Made by a program: the position numbers and the translations under genes. From the NCBI GenBank assembly GCA_030704615.1, contig CM060733.1, forward strand, positions 17,980,001 through 18,044,000: a stretch of 64,000 nt of DNA, read 5' to 3'. Of the stretch, positions 38,092-50,366 are shown piece after piece. The notes beneath the pieces were generated by a model. It worked only from the letters and a program-made list of their open reading frames with translations, had not been told where the DNA came from and did not search any database. This stretch comes from Takakia lepidozioides. Taxonomy: Eukaryota > Plantae > Bryophyta. The stretch's first letter is position 1. Each line of letters begins with the position of its first letter.

Positions 38092-39000
38092 GTGGTGTGT
38101 GTTACTATAAGAGTCTGTTGCTGGACCTCCCCCACGAAAGACATGAACCCCGAGCCAGACCCTTCGATCCCTACTCATACATGGCTGGCAAGTAATATCT
38201 TCCTCTGGGTGCTAGGAAGACCCCTGGCAGAACTGCAATTCGACCCCAAGGAGTGGACTTGGGGCTTTCAAACATTCGCCGATCCCCTTTTCGCTTACTC
38301 TAGTACTAGGAAGGCCTACAAAGCCTTTGGCAGATCCAAAGCCTCTCCATGACAAATGGAACACCAAATGGCAATCATTTGGTTTTCAAAATGAAAACTG
38401 GAAGGCAATTTGGAAATCCATATGGATAAAAACTAGGCTTGCAAAAATCTTGGCATTCCTATGGCAGTTCGCAAACAAGGTGCTTAAGATGGGAAAATGG
38501 CTCCAACTCCACAATGCATTACTATGCTCTTGTTGCACCTAGGGTTTGATAGAAACATTGGAGCACTGTCTTCTAGGCTGCCATGCTCCGACAAAAGTCT
38601 GGAACGCAATTAAAGGGCTCTACAGATATCGGAATCCATAGCCCATATTACCCATCACCCTCTTGCTCAATTTTGACAAGTCCTCCAAAGGACAGGCTCT
38701 TGATTATCCAGTCTTCGAATGCCTGCGAACCTCCACGCTTTGGCACATATGGAAAGCACGTTGTGCTTGGTCTTTCTCAGGTTCTACATGCTCTCTGTCA
38801 GTCTTGTTATCTAGAATGTTTTGAGATCTGCAAATTGAGGCAAGAAAAGCTTGGATAAAATTATGTGCAGACATTCAAAGAGCACCTCAAACTGCAGCAG
38901 CATTGCATGCTACCTTCAGGAGCACCTGGGCCACCAATGGCCACATTTGCACCTCCTCTGATCAGTCAAGCTGCATCTGGACAGCCCTCCCCCCAGTCAA
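38092..39000 (+). mobile_element. Degenerate L1-type LINE 3' region (zf-RVT)
   Basis: WKSIW..KILAFLWQFANKVL..CSCC..ETLEHCLLGC zinc-binding motif, interrupted by stops. Confidence 0.75.
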
Positions 39001-39599
39001 TTGGAGGAATTTCGAGTCAGCATTCCATGGCGGCCTCACCGGAGTTCAATAGGGATACAAACTGAGGGCACGTCAAGTCAGCAGCCAGGCTGCGGTTCCG
39101 ATAGTCGCCACTCTTACCACCTTCTCGCTCTGCTAAACTTTTGTTCTTTTGTTCAGTTGGTTTTGTATGCACAATCACTCAGCTTCAAAGCAGCCTGTAT
39201 CTCTGGAAAGAGAGGCTTGTCCGCCGAGACCCCCTAAGAGCATAGTATAGGATTCTCGCCCTAGTGGATTCTCGCCCTAGTTTTGCTCTGCTATATATCT
39301 CTCCACAACGGGGAAGGAAACATCCATGCAGGATGGAGGCCATATGGCCGTTCTTTAGCGCTTAGCTGCTTTTAGATGATTCATCCATCCCATATGAATG
39401 AGGTTTAAGGTTCGAACACTTGTCAACTCCTCATGCGAGGGTAGTTCCATCCATCACTAATTACAGTGTGTGTGCCTAATGGCGTTTCACTGGGGTTTCC
39501 GCGACAAATAAACTTAATAAAAACCCAGGGCTACTATGAGCAAACAGTGAAATGCATATTGGGTTTCCACTTTGAAGGGATAGGATCATTGTTATGGGG

Positions 39600-40000
39600 T
39601 TAATTTGGAGTGGAAATCCTACGAAGTAGTCGTGGAGCCTGTCCTTGATAAAGAATATTGTGATATCATGAGATTGGTATTCATGATCCCTAGAGACCAG
39701 AAGTTGGTATTTGGCATAACATGAAATATTTGAAGAGCTAAGAGCCAGGCAGAGGGGATGGAGTCTTTAACGATCTGGTAACCATGATTCAATCTCACCC
39801 TTCCTACTTTGAGAGCCAAGTGTTGGGGCTCCTGAAAGCCCCGGTTATTCCAGATGTCATTAATTTGGCTGACTCCCTTCCTGTCCCAGAAAGACCAACG
39901 ATGCGCCTGGGATCTTTGAGTATGAGAAGGGGGGGTTGTCATTTAGGAAGATGTGCTGCCTCAATATTTCCTCATAGCTCTGCGGTTCCGATTTTTTGAG
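39600..40000 (-). mobile_element. Probable L1-type LINE fragment (post-RT region)
   Basis: WSFWDRKGVSQINDIWN..IVKDSIPSAW resembles the L1 ORF2 linker. The match is weak. Confidence 0.4.
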
Positions 40001-40030
40001 GAAACGGCATAGGCTCTGTGGAAAAAACAT

Positions 40031-41972
40031 GTATTTGGACTTAGATGACATTGGACCTTTGGGCCAATGGCAGAGGCTACCCTAGAGGTTGCACTTGGGC
40101 CTGGACATAGGAGATACACTTGCATACATAGGAGATTGCACTTGTGCTTAGATGACACTTGACACTTGGGCCTTGACATAGGAGACGCACTTGAATGCAT
40201 AGGAGATTGCACTTGGGCATACACATGACCCTGGACACTTGGGCCAACGGCAGTGGCTACCCTAGGGCCTAGAGGTTGCACTTGGGCCTCGACATAAGAG
40301 ACACACTTGGATACATAGGAAATTGCACTGGGGCTTAGATGACAGTGGACAATTGGGGCTCTACATGGGAGATGCCCTTGGATACATGAATAAAAGGTTG
40401 CGCTTGGATACATAGGAAATTACACTTGGTCTTAGAATCCAATTCTTCACATATGGGCCAAACGGCATAGGCTACACTAGAGGTCGCACTTGGGCCTCGA
40501 CATAGGAGACGCAATGGGATACATAGAATCTCACACTTGGGCTTAGATGACACTGGACACTTGGGCCAACGGCACAAGCTAGAGGTCGCGTTTGGGCCTC
40601 GCCATAGGAGATGCATTAGGATACATAGGGGATTGCACTTGGACTTAGATGCCACTTGACACTTGGGCCAACGGCACATGCTACCCTAATCAATATATAA
40701 AGCAAGACGTTTGTTTTGTTTTGTCACGTGGAGATGTCCCAAACCGGAAGGCCCAACGCATTGCTTGGTACCATTGGGAAGCCCTCGACGAGGATGGGTG
40801 CATAAGCTTGGTCTCATGATTTTTGGACCTGCGGTGTGGGAGATGGGGAAATCCAAGTACTTTTGGTCACTGGAAATTCCCGAAAAATAGCAAATTGGGC
40901 ATTCATGGGACAACTAGGGTAGCTTGTGCCGTTGGCCCAAGTGTCTAGTGTCATCTAAGTCCCAAGTGCAATCCGCTATGTATCCAAGTGCGTCTCATAT
41001 GTCGAGGCCCATGTGTGAAGAATTGAAATCTAAGTCCAAGTGCAATCCCCTGTGTATCCAAGTGCGTCTCCTATGACGAGGCCCATGTGTGAAGAATTGA
41101 AATCTAGGCCCAAGTGCAATCTCCTATGTATCCAAGTGTTTCTCCTACGTAGAGGCCCAAGTACGACCTCTAGTGTCCAATGTTATCTAGAGAACCAAGC
41201 CCGTGCACCCCTCCTCGTCGTCATCTAAGTCCAAGTGCATGAATATATTAAGAAGTCCAATGTCATCTATGTCATCTATGTCATCTAAGTCTAATCATTT
41301 TTTTTCCATAGAGCCTAGGACCGGATTTGAACCGGAGACCTTTCCCTTGATATCTCTCATGTGGAGGCTCCAACCATTGTCCCATGAATGCCCACTTTGC
41401 TATTTTTCATGAATTTCCAGCGACCAAAAGTACTTAAAATTCCTATGTCAATGCCCATGTGTGAAGAATTGAAATCTAAGCCCAAGTGCAATTTCTTATG
41501 TATCCAAGTAGGTCTCCTATGTCAAGGCCCAAATGCGATCTCTAGTGTAGCCTTTGCCGTTAGCCCATGTGTAAAGAATTGAAATCTAAGCCCAAGTGAA
41601 ATCTTCTATTCATGTATCCAAGTGCAATCCCATATCTAATCATTGTCCAACAAGTACTTGAAATGCGTTTTAGCCATATCTAATGAATTTTTTTCCACAT
41701 TGCCTACGACCAGTTGCGAACCGGAGACCTTTCCTTTGATATCTCTCCCATCGAGGCTCGTCCCATGAATGCCCACTTTGCCATTTTTGCTATCTTTTGT
41801 GAATTTCCAGCGACCAAAAGTACTTGGAATTCCGTATCTCCCACACCACAGGTCGAACGATCATGAGACCACCTCTCCTCGTCGAGGGCTTTCCAACGGT
41901 ACAAGCATCAGTGTTGGCCCCGTGGTTTGGGACATCTTGACGCTACAAAACAAAACAAAACAAACAAACGTC
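40031..41972. repeat. Composite repeat family arranged as an imperfect inverted (fold-back) structure; continues at 45392-45572
   Basis: Subrepeats CACTTGGGCC..GACATAGGAG..CTTAGATGACAC in 40031-40688 recur reverse-complemented in 40915-41630. Segment 40690-40912 is inverted relative to 41761-41972. Confidence 0.85.
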
Positions 41973-44900
41973 AGAGAGAGAGAGAGAGAAGACTCCGGCC
42001 AAAGCCGGCGTAACTAAGAGCCACTTCGCCTTGCGGCTACTGCACCCTTTCGGGGGTGGGTTCTATAAAAAGAAAAGGTGTCATGTGAGACACCAAGTGA
42101 CCGTAGAAAGTAGAGGAGTCTATGGTACCCCTGGGTACCCAGGGGTACCCTAGGAGACCTAGGATGCGTTTGAAGTGCCGGATTCTAGTTGGCGTTTGTT
42201 GGTGATAATAGCTGTGAGTGAACGGAGTGTCGTGAGATGAATTGCTTTGAAGCATTTGTGGATGTGAAGAGTGGGAAATTTGAAGTTATCATATGTCATT
42301 GATACTGGCATTATGAATGCCGCCTCGAGTACCGACGGTGATGACGGTTATTGAGCCAGTTTTCCAGCCATACCGTCAGATTGCAAAGATAAGCGGGGCA
42401 TATTTTGACGTTTTTCTAAAATCCAGTCATTGGGATAACAATCGTGGCAAAACGTGAAATTCAATGAAATGAATGGTAAATTGTGGGGATGGTGAGGTAG
42501 GGGGTGGGGTGTTAATGTGTAGGCCTTGTACAAGGAGTATGTCCGGGCAAAGCCTAGCAGGGCATAAACAAGGTGATCGGGTACATATGCATGGTAGCAG
42601 CCAGGATGACACAGTATGGTCAGGTAACCGACTTTGGTAGGTGCCAGCGTTTATGAGCAAGAACCATTTGGTTTCAGCACGATTTAGAAAGAGCTTATGG
42701 ACATGCCAGACTGTCTGGTTGTGTCGCGTGATATGAAGGCCATGTATGATCGGGTGCATACATTGGCTGAGGAGATGTGACCAGGTGTCACGAGCTTGGT
42801 GAGTGGTTGAACATAATGGGCAGTATGGGGATGGGAATATATGCGGCCAGAAGATGTGTTTGCGTTGGTAACCCATGTATTGGGTGTATCTGAATTTGTG
42901 TTTGTCAAATTTGTGCGTCAGTGGTAGCTTTAGTTAGCCAGAAATGATTTGAGAGTTTATGGTGCAATACATTTGATTGAGTCCATTTTTGGATGTGTAC
43001 TTTGGTGTGGCTGATGGAGGCTGCGTCTTGTTTATTTGCTTCTCTGGTCAAAGTGATCAAAAGGTTTCGGACTGGTCTGGGTACAGGGGGTCCAGGACTG
43101 GGTGTATAAACCAGAAGGGGTAGGTATGGGCGATGTGGATAAGGTCGGTTGTGGGTACGATTGTGGGTTGAGAGACGCCAAGTTGAGCGAGTAGGTCTGC
43201 TTCCTCATTACCATGAATGCCAGTGTGCGAGCAAACTTTGAGTAAATGGATTGGATGGTTTTTGGAAATGGCCATTTGGACAATGGCGGAATGAGGTTGC
43301 GGTCGGGGTGATGATGATGCGGGAGATGTGGTTTCAAATAAAAAATAGAGAGGTGAGGCTATCAGTGAAGATATAGTATGGGGGGGGGGGGGGTCAAGTA
43401 GAGAGAGAACGTTGTGGATGGCCATGAGCTCAGCCCTTAGAATGGTGGCAGGGCCAGGGAGTCGGAGGGCAACACCACGACCGCTGTTGGCGTGATAAAT
43501 TCCATATCCTGCATTAGGTTTGGTGAGGGATCCATCAGTGTTACAGTGTGAGTTTGCCGGGGGATACTTGAGGGTGGTGTTTTATTGATATAGTGAGGGG
43601 ATTGGGGGAAGGGGTATTGTTGGTATTACCTGGGGGGGGGCGGCGGCTATGCAATGCCCCATGCTTTGTTTGTTTTGATCTGGGGAAGTATGGTGGTTGT
43701 GTGGGTGTGGAGGGGTGTAGCTGGGTAATGGATGGTGGCCTTCATTTTATGAGTTATGATTAGCAACTTGTTCTAGCTGGTGGAAAAAAAATGTCGGTAT
43801 GTTTGTATGAAGGGGGTTTTGGACATGTAGAATCAAGTTAGGGTAGGTTCTTTCATTTTGAGATACTTGGGAAGATGGGAGGTATGAACATACTTAAGCT
43901 GATTTGGCTCAATTGTGGCGAGTAGATTGTTCCCTTCGGGGAGTCGTATGAGAGGGTGGGGGGTGCTAGGTGTGTTTTGCTGTGTAAAGATGATGACTGT
44001 GAAGGCAAGAGGAGAGGAGTGTGATGGAATTTTTCCCATTGGAGAGCTTTATAAGCGAGGGGGCCATAGGGGGGGTGGGCAAAGCCCCTACCCTCCCAGG
44101 TATGCTGGGTAGTATTGTCGGTGGCTCCAAAGAGACAATCCCTATGGTGCGGGCTGGAAAATGTGTGCAAGTCCATAGGACATGTCAGTGGATTGGAGTA
44201 ATATGAGTGAGTAAGCTGGAATATATTAATAAGTAAGGCGAGAATATCTTGGGGTATGGCATGGTATGCGCATGCCATTTCCAGTCGGATGAGGGATCAT
44301 GGCTTCTTGGGGGGGGGGGGGGGGGGGTATTTGAGGTAGTGGTCTACGAGCCAATATAATTCGGTAGTGAAGTCTTGTTTTGGGGGTTGTAAAGATTGTG
44401 GATATGAGTTTGCAACAGAATACTTCTCCCACAACCATGTTAATATTAGGAATGAGTCCAATGAAGCGGCGTATTGAGCGTATATATTGGAAAGGCGGGG
44501 GCCCATGTGAATTAATGGTTGGTCATGCTTGACATCTTTGTCGGGGTTACACTCAGTTATGCAGATGTGCACGTTAGGGGCAGAGATCGGCTGGTGAATG
44601 TATCCACTATCTGTAGGTTGGGCGGGGGTGGTGTGTTGTTGGTGAATGTGTGTAAAGTAGTCCGTGTTAGTATGTTTATGGAAGGAGGTGAGAAGGGCAA
44701 GATTGTGTTCGGGGTCACAATCATCATATGGGCCAAATAGGTCATCTTCTATCTGCCATGTGTTGTCTTGTGGAGAGTAACCAACCCATTTACACTGGTA
44801 GTATGTATCAATACAGGTGGGCACCGAAGGCATCGATTGACGTTTGGGTTTTGACTCATAATATGGCTTCAATGATGTATGCATTATTATTGTCATCATT

Positions 44901-45391
44901 GTGTGGATAAGGTGGGGGGGACGTTGTGGTGAGTGGTTGGGAGTGGGTGGGGGAGCCTTGCATATTAGACAAGGGGTTGAATGGCATATCCATGTTGTGG
45001 TCAGGTTCGGTATGTTGTGTGTTAGGTAGATGAGAGGGGGGGTTGGTTCTGTGATAGTGGGGGTATTGGCGGCATATGCCGTTTTAAGTGTTGGTAGATG
45101 GAGGTAATAGGGGTAGATCGGTACTTGGGGAGCAAATCTTGAACCATATGGGGATAGTAGAGATATGGGATATCACATTGGAGGGTGCAGGCTGCTAAGG
45201 GATGATAGAAGAGGGGTCGGAGATGGTGTAGGTATCGACTGGTTTTGGTCGTAGATCGGGAGAATTTAAGAGTGAATTCGCTTGGTTTTAAAAGTCGATG
45301 GCCGGAGGCGGTGGTAAGTTGGGTGAGGGGTGGTAATATGATGTTCTTTGAAATAGGGGAGGATGGGGATCTTTTGTTTTGGATGAGAAAC
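41973..45391 (-). mobile_element. 5'-truncated Dualen/RandI-like non-LTR retrotransposon (chromodomain, MTase-like, RNase H, CCHC, RLE)
   Basis: TSD ACAAACGTC at 41964-41972 and 45392-45400, and a (TC)n tail. RNase H motifs TDGS (~43535), RAELMAI and SHTGIHGNEEADLLA; CPLC..HLLSQC; RHN; PDIL..IEF. Many frameshifts, and the RT domain is absent. Confidence 0.85.
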
Positions 45392-46715
45392 ACAAACGTC
45401 TTAATTCATATATTGATGGTGACATGAGAGATACAAAAGGAAAGGTCTCCGCTTCAAATATGGTCGTAGGCTCTCTAAAAAAAATGATTAGATATGGCTT
45501 GCTTCGTATATCGATGCACTTGGACTTAGATGACACTCGACATTTGGGCCAAAGGCATGTCAGGCTACCCTAATAATTGTTATGCTTAGGTTCTTCCAAA
45601 TATTGGTGGCTCATTAGTCATTCCACCCAACTTGAGGTTACTAAATAACACTAAACAAATAAAAACGTTTTGCCCCTCTCCCCCACTTTTTTTCCCCCAA
45701 TAATTATTACTAAAATTCATCATGGCTACAATCCCAAATTTATTTAAAACAAATTCCCCTGTAATTCTCTTCCATGTCATATAAATTCGGTGTAGAGGCA
45801 TATCGCGTCATAATGGAATACAGCCAAGTGCGTTGGAGATGTAATTTCGAGCAGAAAATTTAGCCTTCAATACGGAGAGCATGACATAATAATAATAAAA
45901 GTTGGCATAAAACCTCGTCGGTTTGTCGTTATATCAACAGTCTTTACAGCGCATGTAATACGCAAGGGGACTACAGACCTCACCCGTGGATCAGTAGTAA
46001 CTCGCACGCCACTTATTTACAGTACATCCCTCAAGTCATGTCGTGTGGATCAGCACAACACCGGATCAGCACAACACCAAGCAACCCTTCCGCCCCAAGT
46101 AAACCACTGTCTTCCAAAATCCTTCCATCTCCTTGTCTGCAGTCTGCACGTAGACCTGGGCCCACTCCTCCCGCACCTTGAAATCACCCACCCTACTCGA
46201 CCCTCGATCCTCCTGCACCCTCTGGTCCTTGCCTGAGCTCCCACTTTGGGCTATACCTTGCCAAAATCACCTCCGTTCTAGAACTCCCTAGCATTCCTGG
46301 ATTCCATGTGGGCCCGCATGCAATAGCCACTTTGAAGGGGCATGCAATAGCCATGTGGGCCCAATGCAAATAGCCACCCTAGTTGAGCTGAGTCAGCTTG
46401 CTAGATGTTGCATGCAATAGCCATGTGCGCCCCACATGCAATAGCCACTTTGAAGGGGCATGCAATGGCCACGTGGGCCCAATGCACGCTGCCACTTCTA
46501 TTCAGACAGCCGCTTAAGCGTCGGCTTGCCTCTAGCTGATTTGGTTTTTTGGGCGTTTGGGGTACATATAGGGGTTTAAAAAAAATAAAAATCCACTAGG
46601 CGGACGAAAAAAAAGTTGTTCTATGTCACAATTTGTACGCTATTCCTTGGATAAAGTAAGTGATACATTTCTAAGTGTTATAGTTTGACATCTTGATCTT
46701 TCTATTCTTTCGGCA

Positions 46716-46775
46716 ATTCCTTGGACGGCCAATGAAAAGCTCGAACTGGCAGATATAGCCTGCCTTATGAACATC
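46716..46775 (-). pseudogene. Relic of DQD/SDH exon 9 (3' part)
   Basis: TGGACGGCC..TGAAAAGCTCGAACTGGC..ATAGCCTGCCTTATGAACATC closely matches 53492-53543, in the same orientation. Confidence 0.8.
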
Positions 46776-48816
46776 AATGTACAGCCCAATACCATTGGGA
46801 GGGGGGAGGAAATGACAGATGAGATCAGAGTCTGAAGCGCATACAGAGAGCTCTAGAACAAGCCAAGTGGCAATCTATAGATGGAGTTAGTAAAGATTGT
46901 TATACGTATGGTCTTTTTCTGCAACAGATATGCAGTCACGATTCTTTGCACCCGTTTTGTTACCCTCAAGGCAATGCTCGATGCATGTTGGAATCGAAAT
47001 CGTTTTCGATCCAGTGTTTAGTAGAAGGTACTTGCTCATATGCATAGCATGCAGTAGTCATCTGGGAGACTAATGGAAAGATGAATGATGTGTGATAGAT
47101 GGATTTGAGAGAGCAGGTAGAGAAATTATGCAAGACAATACAAGCTGTAGAGCAAATTCGATAGGTGGCTATGAAATGCACTTCCTAGAACAACATTATA
47201 GCATTGTGAACATTACAAGTCATTGAAATATGCTGTCAAGTATTGTCCTTCCCTTTGCCACCATTGTCGGATGTCTAGAGCTGGTGTGCTAGTATTTCTG
47301 CAGGTTGGGATATTTCAGCTTTTACTATATGACTCTGGACAACGATGTTGGTTGGGACGAAAAAATCTCTATTGACATATGACCCCTCATGAATTAAATT
47401 GTTTGACTAGATCAGAAAGAAGATTCAACAATAATTGCTCCTAGAAAAGGAGGTTTATGTGTTGAAGGTGACGATTCATCTTTTGTTCGGCAACTACCAT
47501 TTCAATATGGGGTTAGTATGGGGTGCTAGGGCTTGTGACACTAATCCGCGATCCCTCTGTAGGATGTGCACGCCTCTGGATATTGGGCACCACCTTCATG
47601 TGTTCTTTCGCTATCACCTTGTTCATTCACGATTAATCGTGAATATTGTATTTGTCAGCTGCAAAGTCTAGTGGCTTCTCAATGTTTGTTGCCAGAGTTT
47701 CAGGTCATTTGTGTACAGAACTATGGCCTTGCGCTTGCCCATAGTCACCTTGTAATTGCCCCGATAAACTCTGCCCAGACATATATATAGTGCTCATATC
47801 CGAGTTACCCATGGTTTTGGGGCTTTAGGAGGCGTAGGAAGAGAAAGATGATTTAAAGATTTTTCCGTGTGATGAACAGCTGAGACAGAAACATCTTCTA
47901 AGGGGTCCTTGAATAGCACAAGACATAGATGTCATAAATTGTTCTAGATCTTTAGGACCATAACATGTCAGGATCCCATCCTACGTTTTTATGTACTTAC
48001 TTTTGTAAGAAGTGGAAATGTGCCAAAGGAACTGCAGACCTACAAATCCACTGGAGGCCGTTTTTGTAGGAGATCTCTACTGTTTGATATCCATGATTTA
48101 AGGGTTTGGGTACTAGTAAGGATCAGAATTTGAAATAGTAATTTCGCAGAAAGTGTTGAGCTACTACAAAGGGATGCGCTTGAAATGGCTTCAAAGATTC
48201 TCTAACTTTGAATTCAAGACGGGTTCAAGACCAAGAGGAGTTCATATGCACACCATGTCCTTCATTGCAAGATTGTCTTAAGATAAAAAATATATAACAG
48301 AATTTCTTAAAAGTACATGAGCATCTACAGCATTCAAGTGGCCGGCACCAAACCTCCCCTTGAAGCTTCAGATACAGATTTCAAACAAATCATTTTCAGC
48401 AGTGTAAGAGCTGCATTACAAATATCTTTCAGAGAAAGAAGACCATGCTACAGTCTTCAGAACAACAGATCACTTCAGCTTTCAGCTCCTCCGCATGTCA
48501 GGGATGGGCCCTATAACTAACTGTATATGTGCGGGGTTGGCGGTGTTCAAATCTTTATTTGATGGTATTAAATAACAATGAGAGATCGGATGGCTGTAGG
48601 ATAAAGCGCCAGGCGGGGTTTGAGAGTGTGGGTGTGCTGCATTTTGATGTTTCGTGCATATAGCCTGTTCGTAGATCACGGATCAGAGATTAGCGTAGAT
48701 TACATGGCAGTACGTAGATGAATTCAATGTAACGTATGATCTTTCCTGAAGATCGATAGGATCCCGGCCGTGGTATCACCTCAGAGGTAGCGGATACATT
48801 TGCACAAGATTAGAGC

Positions 48817-50175
48817 TCATGCTTTGACGAATTCCACGACGGAGAGATCACCCAGAGAGACGGCAATGTCCAGGCGTGAAAAGTCTGCTGCCATTGCCAA
48901 ATGCCGAAGTTCCTGCTCAGTGCGCTCCTGGGCGCCCAGTGATTGGGTGACCATCATGAGGAGGTTTTTGCGGAAGATCAGTCGAGCGGCTGCCCCATGA
49001 TCAACATCCACAGGCACCACTGATTCAACTGCTATAACCTTTCCATTGGGTGGGAGTGCCCGGTAGCAGTTCTTCAAGATCTTGATGCAATCGTCATCGC
49101 TCCAGTCATGCAATATCGACTGTTTAAATGATTCACCAGGACCCCAGTGTTAAGGGCAAGAGAATTTTCACAGCATAACCGTTAACTCATTCTTGAGTAA
49201 AGACGAGGGAAAGCAAATTGAATATCAAGTGGCACAGGGTCAGCAGGGGACCTTCATGAAGATTGCATCACCCGATGGTACACTCTCAAACATGTCGCCA
49301 CCTTTATGCTCCACACCTGGCATGCATGGGATATAAAAACTCTGATTAATACAGCACAAACCAGGGGACTTGCAAGAAAAAGAAATCGACGAAAGTGTTC
49401 AGAGCGTACCAGGATAAGAAGGGGCGGCTGCAACTACATGAGGCTGATCAAAGTTTACACCCTGAATGTGGGGGTACTTCTTAGTGATGAGGCCGAGGGA
49501 GTAGCCCCAGCCTCCCCCTACATCTATCAAATGCTTCACGTCACCGAAGCCGTGGTAAAGACTCAGGAAAAGCTGCATGGAGACCTGCGAATGGCTGGTC
49601 ATCCCTTCGTTGAATATTGCGTCAAAACGTGGATCTACAGCGGCATACTCAAACATACTCTTCCCATGTGCTTTCTTGAAAGGCTCACTGGTGTCATCCA
49701 GAACTGCGGTGTGGAGTTGCTGCCACGTTTCCATCAAAATCTGGTCCTGGCTCATCAAAAGTATGGGTCCATATTTCGGGAACCCCTCCTCATCCCTGAC
49801 AAAATAGTTGCTCACTGGCAGCAACCCGTAACGACGCACGGTCTTGCTACCATCTGACTCTTTCTCCACTGTTTCGCTGAAGAAATCCTGGCTCGCTAGC
49901 ACACGGAGAATTCGATCCAAGTAGACAGCATTGAGTTGCTTTCCTGGCATGACTTGGAGGGCAAGCTCTTCAGCTGTCAGACCTGCACCAGGTCCAGCTT
50001 TGGCTATAGTATCGGGAACGTTCAATAGAATGGCGGCTTTCAAAGCTGCAGGTACTGTGTTCATGGTGAAGAAGTCCATTGCATGTAACCATGGTTTGTA
50101 GTCTAGATCCCGCTGCCGCTGCTGCTGGAATGTGCCAGACAGCAGATCACCTTCAATGCTACCGAATGGTGCCAT
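48817..50175 (-). CDS. SAM-dependent O-methyltransferase, COMT (caffeic acid OMT-like) family, 377 aa predicted
   Basis: Exons 50175-49410, 49316-49252 and 49119-48817, GT-AG and in frame. Dimerisation motifs [16 protein letters not shown], then [34 protein letters not shown] and ERT. Confidence 0.95.
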
Positions 50176-50358
50176 GGTTGGACACTAAATCCACGGGCCA
50201 GAGTCCAAGGGCCAAAGTAGAACAGAACTACTTTCGCAGTGTGTGTTTCAACAGCAGCGAAACATAGGCCTGCAAGCAGAACAACACAGGCAGGGAGCAA
50301 GGAAACAACAAGTTGCAGCTCAACCAGTACATTGATAGAGAGACGGGGCCATCAGGAA

Positions 50359-50366
50359 TATATATA
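50359..50366 (-). promoter_or_regulatory. Candidate TATA box of the OMT gene
   Basis: TATATATA lies ~185 bp upstream of the ATG. Positional inference only. Confidence 0.45.
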
